64,000 nucleotides of DNA, from positions 32,001 to 96,000 of the IMG/VR virus record IMGVR_UViG_3300028603_000002, one strand, 5' to 3'. Shown piece by piece: positions 50,364-56,732 of the stretch (within the stretch, counting starts at the first letter, position 1; each line of letters opens with the position of its first letter). Origin of the DNA: a virus. Lineage: Duplodnaviria > Caudoviricetes. The translations under genes and the position numbers were made by a program. The notes under the pieces are model-generated. The model was not told the DNA's origin. It saw only the letters and a list, made by a program, of their open reading frames with translations, and did not search any database.

Positions 50364-50450
50364 CCCCCAGTGGCGAAATAGGCAGTACGCGTAAGACTTA
50401 AAATCTTATTCCTAGAAATGGGAGTGCAGGTTCGATTCCTGCCTGGGGGA
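50364..50450 (+). tRNA. tRNA-Leu(UAA)
   Basis: TAAGA-ctTAAaa-TCTTA, long variable arm. Confidence 0.9.
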
Positions 50451-50531
50451 CTAAATGACTATGTCACGGGTGTTATAAACATAGTCATCAGTTGGAATGT
50501 AGTGAATCACACCCTAACATTCCAACGAACC

Positions 50532-50605
50532 GCCTTCATAGCTCAATAGTGTAGAGTAACTGGCTCTTAACCAGTGGGTTCCGAGTTCGAGTCTCGGTGG
50601 GGGCA
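50532..50605 (+). tRNA. tRNA-Lys(CUU)
   Basis: ACTGG-ctCTTaa-CCAGT. Confidence 0.9.
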
Positions 50606-50664
50606 CTATAAACAGGCTTGGTAAAGCCTCTTGTAATTATTACAACGTAACCAAGTAATTGAAT

Positions 50665-50749
50665 GGTAGGTTGCCAGAGTGGTTAACGGAGCAGTTTGCT
50701 AAACTGTCATCTCGAAAGGGGTGCACTGGTTCGAATCCAGTACCTACCG
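50665..50749 (+). tRNA. tRNA-Ser(GCU)
   Basis: GCAGT-ttGCTaa-ACTGT, long variable arm. Confidence 0.9.
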
Positions 50750-50761
50750 CAATTTAAATAT

Positions 50762-50832
50762 TGCCCTGTAGTATAATGGTAGTATATAGGAATTTGGATC
50801 CTATGGTTTCAGTTCGAATCTGAGCAGGGCGT
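50762..50832 (+). tRNA. tRNA-Gln(UUG)
   Basis: TAGGA-atTTGga-TCCTA. Confidence 0.85.
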
Positions 50833-50840
50833 CTAATAAA

Positions 50841-50912
50841 GTCCCATAAGCATTGATGGCGATGTATCTGTTTTGTAATCAGAATAAGTCGGTTCGAATC
50901 CGGCATGGGGCT
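50841..50912 (+). tRNA. tRNA-Thr(UGU)
   Basis: TCTGt-ttTGTaa-tCAGA; U73. Confidence 0.85.
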
Positions 50913-51083
50913 CAAATAAAAAAATTTAGGATGAGGATGTGGTGAGTATAAGCTCCTAATGTGTAATAAGGAAGAAGTACAAAGAAAAAGGGATTGTAGT
51001 ATTTGTATGAAACAGCCGACACACATGAGAATCCCTGACGCCATTATGGCTAGACCCGTAACCACATCCTTTATTTTAATTAT

Positions 51084-51180
51084 GGAAGAGTAACGCCGTC
51101 AGACTGTAAATCTGATCCGCTTTAACAAATTGGCGTAGTTGGACTTCGCGGTAAGTCGGGTTCGAGTCCCACCTCTTCCA
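51084..51180 (+). tRNA. tRNA-Tyr(GUA)-like, D-armless with enlarged variable arm
   Basis: GGAAGAG/CTCTTCC acceptor, TCAGA-ctGTAaa-TCTGA; only 8 nt between acceptor and anticodon stems. Confidence 0.75.
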
Positions 51181-51189
51181 CTTATATAT

Positions 51190-51262
51190 GGCAACTGAGC
51201 AAGTGAGGTCATTGTGCTGGTCTGAAAAACCAGAGAATCCGGATCGTTACCGGGAGTTGCCG
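51190..51262 (+). tRNA. tRNA-Phe(GAA)
   Basis: CTGGT-ctGAAaa-ACCAG; variant T-loop ATCGTTA. Confidence 0.8.
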
Positions 51263-51275
51263 CAAAATTAAATAC

Positions 51276-51347
51276 GCCTCCATAGTGTAATTGATAGCAT
51301 ATGAGCTTCCAAACCTCAAGGTCCGAGTTTGAATCTTGGTGGGGGTG
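51276..51347 (+). tRNA. tRNA-Trp(CCA)
   Basis: TGAGc-ttCCAaa-cCTCA; G73. Confidence 0.75.
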
Positions 51348-51370
51348 CTAATATAAGTTTTATTTTTTAC

Positions 51371-51444
51371 GGTGTTGCAGCATATTGGTGCATGTTACCC
51401 GCCTGTCACGCGGGGGATTGTGGATTCGAATTCCATCAACACCG
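51371..51444 (+). tRNA. tRNA-Asp(GUC)
   Basis: CCCGC-ctGTCac-GCGGG. Confidence 0.88.
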
Positions 51445-51450
51445 CGATCA

Positions 51451-51524
51451 GCGGGTTACGCATAAGTGATGGTGCACCTGCCTTCCAAGCAGGAAAAGAG
51501 CCAGTTTGATCCTGGCAACCCGCA
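51451..51524 (+). tRNA. tRNA-Gly(UCC)
   Basis: CCTGC-ctTCCaa-GCAGG; GCGGGTT/AACCCGC. Confidence 0.85.
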
Positions 51525-51528
51525 CAAA

Positions 51529-51602
51529 AAATAGAAACATAACACATGTTACTTTATGAATCGTTTATTTCAACCAAACTACATGTGTTGATTATTCTAT
51601 TT
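51529..51602 (+). ncRNA. ACAU/GAUUA motif RNA, copy 3
   Basis: AAATAGAA-ACAT-AACACATGT-TACTT...ACATGTGTT-GATTA-TTCTATTT; compensatory changes relative to copy 1. Confidence 0.7.
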
Positions 51603-51611
51603 ATTTTTAAT

Positions 51612-51684
51612 GGGGGTATAGTTTAACTGGCTAAAATCAGTGATTTGCACTCACTAGATCCGATTTCGATCATCGGTACCTCCA
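51612..51684 (+). tRNA. tRNA-Ala(UGC)
   Basis: AGTGA-ttTGCac-TCACT; G3:U70. Confidence 0.88.
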
Positions 51685-51692
51685 CAAACTTT

Positions 51693-51835
51693 TGCGTGGT
51701 AGTTGAATTGGAATATTATTCGTCCGACGGTAGTATTTTGAAATGAATGACGATTCATTAAGTTTAATACCTTAGAATAATAACAACACTCCCGGCTAGA
51801 GGGAGAGATTGCAGGTTCGACTCCTGTCCACGCAA
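51693..51835 (+). tRNA. tRNA-like RNA with about 70-nt structured D-loop insertion and CUA at the anticodon position
   Basis: TGCGTGG/CCACGCA acceptor, CTCCC-ggCTAga-GGGAG, GCAGG-TTCGACT-CCTGT. Confidence 0.6.
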
Positions 51836-51858
51836 CTATTAACAGGTAACTACTAGAT

Positions 51859-51930
51859 GGCCCGTTCATCTAATGGCTAGGATACGCGACTTTCTATCGC
51901 ACAATGAGGGTTCGATTCCCTCACGGGCTG
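51859..51930 (+). tRNA. tRNA-Glu(UUC)
   Basis: GCGA-ctTTCta-TCGC; Glu-type GGCCCGTTCATCTA 5' end. Confidence 0.8.
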
Positions 51931-51940
51931 CAATAAAAAA

Positions 51941-52014
51941 GAACAGGTACTCAATATTGGCTTTGAGATAGGTCTGCAAAACCTAGAATGTGGGTTCGAT
52001 TCCCACCTTGTTCT
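51941..52014 (+). tRNA. tRNA-Cys(GCA)
   Basis: TAGGT-ctGCAaa-ACCTA; U73. Confidence 0.88.
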
Positions 52015-52021
52015 CAAATTC

Positions 52022-52095
52022 GCCTCTGATGCTCGTATGGTAGAGCACCGGACTTTTAATCCGGGTATAGCTCAGTTCGAATCTGGCCAGGGGCA
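52022..52095 (+). tRNA. tRNA-Lys(UUU)
   Basis: CCGGA-ctTTTaa-TCCGG. Confidence 0.85.
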
Positions 52096-52111
52096 CTAAA
52101 AACATTTTAAT

Positions 52112-52477
52112 ATGAAAACAGGATTTTATAATCTATCAACACTTTCTTTAGAAGAACTAAAGTCTTTTTATAAAGATACAATTCCTCTTTCATATTGTAT
52201 CATGTGTGAATCAAAATACACCACATATAAAAATAAATGGAGATCTGTAGATAATAAATACAATATCAATGATTATATTGAGAGAGTAAATCATGCTAAC
52301 CACAATGTTTGTATAGATAGATCAATTCAAGGAGCTAACCTCCCAGGAACTGAAAGAGGAGAGATTGGATTCAAATTACATGAAACATATGATAGAGACT
52401 GGCATCAAATAACATTCTATACTACATTAGAAAACTTTTATAAATTAGTTGACAAATTTAAACTAAAAGAATTATGA
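52112..52477 (+). CDS. Hypothetical protein
   Basis: ORF track. Confidence 0.55.
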   Translation: MKTGFYNLSTLSLEELKSFYKDTIPLSYCIMCESKYTTYKNKWRSVDNKYNINDYIERVNHANHNVCIDRSIQGANLPGTERGEIGFKLHETYDRDWHQITFYTTLENFYKLVDKFKLKEL

Positions 52478-53169
52478 GATGTTTAGCAGTTGGTGATATA
52501 CACGGCAATTATGATGCATTAATGGATGTATTAGAAAAATGTAATTATGATCCTAATAATGATATGTTAATTGCAATGGGCGATTATACTGATAGAGGAC
52601 CTAAAAACATTGCAGTAGTAGAATTTTTATTATCAATTGGTCATTTTATTGGATTACTTGGAAACCATGATGTTTGGGTAAGAGAATATCTAAATGGAAA
52701 TTATAGTGGAATAGATTGGATATTGAATGGTGGAAAAGTAACATATGATGAATATGAAAAAGCAAAGAAACTTGGTTCATTTGATATTGGTCTACATAAA
52801 GAATTCTTTAATAGTTTACATGAATATTATGTCTTAGAATTGAATGGTAAGAAGTATGGATTCGTCCATGGTGGATTTTATTCGTGGGATGGATTAGGAC
52901 ATGATGATACAGTAAAATATACTTGGTGCAGAGAGTTGTGGGAAGATGTATTTAATGGGCGGAATGAATCAGTAAAAAATCAGTTATCACATTATGATAC
53001 ATTATTTATAGGACATTGCCCGACAAATTTATATGGTGTTAAACCAGATAAACTTCCAGTTAAATATGCAAATGTTATTAACCTAGACCAAGGTATTGCT
53101 TATGAAAATGGAAGATTAACAATATGTGATATAGAAACTGAACAATGTTGGCAATCCAGTAAAAAGTAA
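52474..53169 (+). CDS. Ser/Thr protein phosphatase-type metallophosphoesterase (lambda NinI-like)
   Basis: GDIHG, GDYTDRG, GNHD, NGG, VHGG, GH. Confidence 0.9.
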   Translation: MRCLAVGDIHGNYDALMDVLEKCNYDPNNDMLIAMGDYTDRGPKNIAVVEFLLSIGHFIGLLGNHDVWVREYLNGNYSGIDWILNGGKVTYDEYEKAKKLGSFDIGLHKEFFNSLHEYYVLELNGKKYGFVHGGFYSWDGLGHDDTVKYTWCRELWEDVFNGRNESVKNQLSHYDTLFIGHCPTNLYGVKPDKLPVKYANVINLDQGIAYENGRLTICDIETEQCWQSSKK

Positions 53170-53173
53170 AGTC

Positions 53174-53452
53174 ATGACTTGGAATTTCAGATTAATGCTT
53201 ACAAAACACCAACATCCAACAGGTGATCCTGATAATTCTTATACTATAGGAATACATGAAGTGTATTATGATGAAGATGGGTCACCTAACGGATACCATG
53301 AAAATCCTAGAGAGATGTCGGCAGAAGATATTAAAGGTATGGAATGGTTACTCGATGCTCTTCATGGTGCATTTGATAAACCAGTATTGTGGAATAGTGA
53401 TAGATTTCCAGAAGAAGTATCTAAAGAAGATTTAAAAGCCCTTGTAGCTTAG
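53174..53452 (+). CDS. Conserved hypothetical phage protein
   Basis: MTWNFR...IHEVYYDEDG.P..Y...AF.KPVL; stop lies inside tRNA-Val. Confidence 0.65.
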   Translation: MTWNFRLMLTKHQHPTGDPDNSYTIGIHEVYYDEDGSPNGYHENPREMSAEDIKGMEWLLDALHGAFDKPVLWNSDRFPEEVSKEDLKALVA

Positions 53453-53513
53453 CCTGGTTTAAAGCGCGTATTTTACATGTACGAGATCATTGGTTCGAAT
53501 CCAGTTGAGGGCA
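53438..53513 (+). tRNA. tRNA-Val(UAC)
   Basis: CGTAT-ttTACat-GTACG. Confidence 0.85.
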
Positions 53514-53547
53514 CTAGAAAAATATATGAAAAATATTTCAAGAAATA

Positions 53548-53579
53548 TTTGGTTAATTGGAAAACATTACTTATCTTTA
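53548..53579 (+). promoter_or_regulatory. Promoter TTTGG-N19-TATCTTTA
   Basis: Repeated fixed-spacing motif. Confidence 0.75.
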
Positions 53580-53603
53580 TTATGAAATAAAAGAGTATAA
53601 GTT

Positions 53604-54050
53604 ATGAAAACCGAACAATTAAACGTTCTTCAATTAGTTAGAAAATTCGATAATGGAGATTTTGACAATCCAAGTTTTGAAACTCAATGTGATGCTGGAT
53701 GGTATGATTGGTTTTGTAAACAGACTAGTTTAGCAGGCAAGACTAGAACATTATATAGAAAGGTTAAACAGTTATTGAAAACGAAGAGAATTCAAGAATT
53801 GAACCTTGAAAAAACATATGTGTGGTTCAAAAATAATTGTCCAATGAATGGTAGTTTATATGATGATATCCGATTTGCGGATATTGAGACAGGGCAGGTT
53901 TTATTTACTATAGTACCCAAATGCGGACATAGAATAAGTGAAGGGGAAAGGGCACAAATACATGGCAACCGTTTAAACCCAGATGATGAGTTTATAATGG
54001 ATGTGTACAAAGGTGATTGGAAAGGAGTATTAGAATTTCTTAATAAATAG
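53604..54050 (+). CDS. Conserved hypothetical phage protein
   Basis: AGWYDWFC..SL, YVWFKNNCPMNG.LYDD.R. Confidence 0.7.
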   Translation: MKTEQLNVLQLVRKFDNGDFDNPSFETQCDAGWYDWFCKQTSLAGKTRTLYRKVKQLLKTKRIQELNLEKTYVWFKNNCPMNGSLYDDIRFADIETGQVLFTIVPKCGHRISEGERAQIHGNRLNPDDEFIMDVYKGDWKGVLEFLNK

Positions 54051-54110
54051 TTAACCCATATCAAATCTTCCATCAGGTAACAGCGTATAAGTGGAGACTA
54101 AGGGTTATTA

Positions 54111-54192
54111 AGGCGTATACCAGCCCATCCTGATAAGATGGAGAACTGTAGCAGGTAAGTTGAAAACATGGGTTCGAATCCCATTACGCCTA
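54111..54192 (+). tRNA. tRNA-Ile(GAU)-like, D-armless with enlarged variable arm
   Basis: AGGCGTA/TACGCCT acceptor, CCATC-ctGATaa-GATGG, ATGGG-TTCGAAT-CCCAT; 7-nt D-remnant. Confidence 0.78.
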
Positions 54193-54214
54193 CAAAAAAT
54201 GTTCATTGAAAGAT

Positions 54215-54390
54215 ATAACTGGAACTTCCAGATGAAAGTGAGTGTCGAAAGCTCATTAGATAACGGTACAAGCCCGACCCAATTGGATGCTATCATTGTA
54301 ATCTGATCAGAAGTTATGACCCTCTGCCAATGCATTGTAAAACTTGAACGCAGTTAACAGTAGAGCGAGACGGGTACTCTACACAGTTAT
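54215..54390 (+). ncRNA. Unassigned multi-helix structured RNA
   Basis: ATAACTG/CAGTTAT closure with nested AACTTC/GAAGTT, CAGAT/ATCTG, TGAG/CTCA, GTAGAG/CTCTAC. Confidence 0.55.
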
Positions 54391-54395
54391 TTTTT

Positions 54396-54470
54396 GGACC
54401 TATAGTTCAGTTGGTTTAGAATTACTCGCTCATAACGAGGAGGTCGCAGGTTCGAGTCCTGCTAGGTCCA
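54396..54470 (+). tRNA. tRNA-Met or Ile2 (CAU)
   Basis: CTCG-ctCATaa-CGAG, canonical cloverleaf. Confidence 0.85.
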
Positions 54471-54472
54471 CT

Positions 54473-54559
54473 GTGTACGAATCGGATATGGTTTGCCGAG
54501 TCAGGTTGTGACCCTGGTGTGATGAAAGTCACGTGCGAGTTCGAATCTCGTCGTACACC
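54473..54559 (+). tRNA. tRNA-His(GUG) with long variable arm
   Basis: TCAGG-ttGTGac-CCTGG; C73; extra arm GTGAT-gaaa-GTCAC. Confidence 0.8.
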
Positions 54560-54564
54560 TAATT

Positions 54565-54640
54565 GCCTGGAAAGCTTAAGTCTGGTATAAGCGGCGGTTT
54601 GTTAAACCGAGGATAGTGGGTTCGAATCCTTCTCTAGGCG
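54565..54640 (+). tRNA. tRNA-Asn(GUU)
   Basis: CGGT-ttGTTaa-ACCG; G73. Confidence 0.82.
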
Positions 54641-54734
54641 CAATTTCAAAGTTTAATTATTATGTTAATTCAATTATTATTAATAATTTTATTGTTTATT
54701 GGAGTCTTATACTTCAATACTAGAAAATAAGTAG

Positions 54735-55319
54735 ATGAGAATAATATTCGATATTCATGGAAAGATGCATCGGTATAAACAATTAACAACTGATGTCAAA
54801 AAGAGTGTACAAATAGGTGATTTAGGATTTAAAAGTCAACATGAATGGTTTTTAGCTAATATGGATTGTGATAATCATAAAGTATTATTTGGTAACCATG
54901 ATTATTATCCATATATAAATCTAAAACATTCGTTGGGTGATTTTGCTTTCTATGAAGGAATATTCTTTATACGTGGTGCTGCTTCAATTGATAAAGCATA
55001 TAGAGTTGCTTATAGAGATTGGTTCCCAGAAGAAGAATTGAATTTTAGACAAATGACTGAATGTTTCAATCTTTATAGTGAAATTAAACCAAAGATTGTA
55101 GTTAGTCATGATTGCCCACAAGCTGTATGCAAAGAATTATTCGGGCATCCAGGTTCTCACACAAGAAATTTTTTACAATTATTATTTGAAGAACATCAAC
55201 CTGATATGTGGTTATTTGGCCACCACCATCAAAATGTAGAATTGGTTCTTGATAATACTTATTTTAAATGTGGTGAAGAATTAGAATATTATGATATATC
55301 AGAAAATTTATTAAAATGA
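54735..55319 (+). CDS. Metallophosphoesterase
   Basis: DIHG, GDLG, GNHD, SHDCP, GHHH. Confidence 0.88.
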   Translation: MRIIFDIHGKMHRYKQLTTDVKKSVQIGDLGFKSQHEWFLANMDCDNHKVLFGNHDYYPYINLKHSLGDFAFYEGIFFIRGAASIDKAYRVAYRDWFPEEELNFRQMTECFNLYSEIKPKIVVSHDCPQAVCKELFGHPGSHTRNFLQLLFEEHQPDMWLFGHHHQNVELVLDNTYFKCGEELEYYDISENLLK

Positions 55320-55322
55320 AAA

Positions 55323-55396
55323 GGCGCTATGGCGGAATTGGCATACGCACATGTTTTAGGAACATGGTCTTGTGGGTTCGAGTCCCACTGGCGCTA
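55323..55396 (+). tRNA. tRNA-Leu(UAG) with short variable loop
   Basis: CATGT-ttTAGga-ACATG; variable region only GTCTT. Confidence 0.82.
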
Positions 55397-55401
55397 CTAA
55401 T

Positions 55402-55473
55402 AGCTTCATCGTTCAATTGGAAGGATACATGGCTACGAACCATGAGATGGGGGTTCGAGTCCTCTTGAGGCTA
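55402..55473 (+). tRNA. tRNA-Arg(ACG)
   Basis: CATGG-ctACGaa-CCATG. Confidence 0.88.
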
Positions 55474-55490
55474 CTAATAAAGGATATAAT

Positions 55491-56063
55491 ATGATAGAAA
55501 AAGGATACCAAATAAATGTTAATCAAACTTTAACAGTTATTAATGATGCAATTGAAAATAAAGGATTTCATCTATTAGAATCAGTTTTAGATCATATGAG
55601 GTTTGATCCATTATGTCCTAAATTAGATGGTTGGTTAAGAACATTAACTAAAGATGAGTTAATGAAATTGTTTTCAATGTATATTTCTTTCAGACATAGA
55701 AATGAGAAAAACAAATCAGGAATATTGGAAGATTTTATTGCTGAGTTTGAATTGATTATGGTATCTAAATTTATTGATTTTGATTTTAGATTAAAATTGA
55801 CAAATATTCCGGAATCAAAAACATATATTGATTTTATCAATGAGTATGAAGAACGTATACGAATACTAAGTCTAAAAGAATGTGCTGCAATAGTTGATGA
55901 TATTGAAAGATCACTAGTGTCAATTATACTATTAAAAGAAGATTGTATTAAATTGATTCAATCGGAAGGCGCAATAGATAAATGGAAGTATACAAGAACA
56001 GATAAATATAAAGAAGCGAGAGATATTATTTTAAAGTATACAAAATTAGCTCCCGTCATCTAA
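55491..56063 (+). CDS. Hypothetical protein
   Basis: ORF track; end overlaps tRNA-Arg. Confidence 0.5.
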   Translation: MIEKGYQINVNQTLTVINDAIENKGFHLLESVLDHMRFDPLCPKLDGWLRTLTKDELMKLFSMYISFRHRNEKNKSGILEDFIAEFELIMVSKFIDFDFRLKLTNIPESKTYIDFINEYEERIRILSLKECAAIVDDIERSLVSIILLKEDCIKLIQSEGAIDKWKYTRTDKYKEARDIILKYTKLAPVI

Positions 56064-56120
56064 ATGGAAAGATATGGGTCTTCTAAACCTAACATACCAG
56101 TTCGAGTCTGGTCGGGAGTA
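56049..56120 (+). tRNA. tRNA-Arg(UCU)
   Basis: TGGGT-ctTCTaa-ACCTA. Confidence 0.85.
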
Positions 56121-56125
56121 CAATC

Positions 56126-56215
56126 GGTAGGTGATATTTTTAATGGAAAAATCCCCGTCTTGAAAACGGGTGGATCTCTGAGAAAGGGGTTGGGGTTCGA
56201 GTCCTCCGCCTACCG
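56126..56215 (+). tRNA. tRNA-Ser(UGA)
   Basis: CCCGT-ctTGAaa-ACGGG, long variable arm, G73. Confidence 0.85.
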
Positions 56216-56235
56216 CAAATAAATCTTTAACACAA

Positions 56236-56406
56236 ATGAACGACTACACTATAATGTCCTTCGGAGAACATAAAGGAAAACATCTGAAGGATGTACCTGC
56301 CAGCTATTTCATATATCTACATGAAGAAAACATAGCCTTTGGACCTATTAAAAGATATATAGAAGATAACTTAGATGTATTCTATCACGAAGTTAACCAA
56401 AAATAA
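56236..56406 (+). CDS. DUF3820-like small protein (56 aa), not in the ORF track
   Basis: MSFGEHKGKHLKDVPASYF matches the MPFGKYKG..L.DVP..YL pattern. Confidence 0.7.
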   Translation: MNDYTIMSFGEHKGKHLKDVPASYFIYLHEENIAFGPIKRYIEDNLDVFYHEVNQK

Positions 56407-56417
56407 TAATGAAGATA

Positions 56418-56449
56418 TTTGGATAAGTTAAATACTTTTCTTATCTTTA
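56418..56449 (+). promoter_or_regulatory. Promoter TTTGG-N19-TATCTTTA for the motif-RNA/TROVE-TerD unit
   Basis: Repeated fixed-spacing motif. Confidence 0.75.
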
Positions 56450-56523
56450 TTGTCTAATTAATTATTTGACTTGAATACTTAGTATCATGAAAAGACTTCA
56501 TAACAACATATAACTGAAACAAG

Positions 56524-56647
56524 CAAGGGGTAGTGTAATTGGCAGCACAGGTAAATTACATTACACGATTATTATTTAAAAATAAACATGTTTAGTGTTA
56601 CTCGCTTTCTGGTAGCCCTAGTCCTGGTTCGAATCCAGGCCCCTTGC
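56524..56647 (+). tRNA. tRNA-Gln(CUG) carrying a 52-nt insertion (permuted ACAU/GAUUA motif, copy 4) in the anticodon stem
   Basis: Deleting 56552-56603 yields a canonical cloverleaf with GGGCT-ttCTGgt-AGCCC. Confidence 0.75.
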
Positions 56648-56651
56648 CTAA

Positions 56652-56712
56652 ATTAAACATCTAGCAACTTACTCTTAAATTGACAATTAAATTAGTTGTT
56701 AGGATTATTAAT
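56652..56712 (+). ncRNA. ACAU/GAUUA motif RNA, copy 5, in the 5' leader of the 694-aa gene
   Basis: ATTAA-ACAT-CTAGCAACT-TACTC...AGTTGTTAG-GATTA-TTAAT. Confidence 0.7.
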
Positions 56713-56732
56713 CTTTCTAAATTTTTAAAGTT

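Noticed and set aside
54263-54306. Twister ribozyme (CGGTACAAGCCCG resembles its P4 region)
   Set aside because: The conserved UAA cleavage strand and the GA after P2 are not correctly placed; kept only as an unassigned RNA.
48329-56660. HDV-like (theta) ribozymes downstream of tRNAs
   Set aside because: No nested double-pseudoknot pattern found by eye in the tRNA trailers; a motif search would be needed to exclude it fully.
48333-56712. ACAT/GATTA copies as CRISPR repeats or simple terminators
   Set aside because: They are dispersed, their stems covary rather than repeat, and one copy is circularly permuted inside a tRNA.
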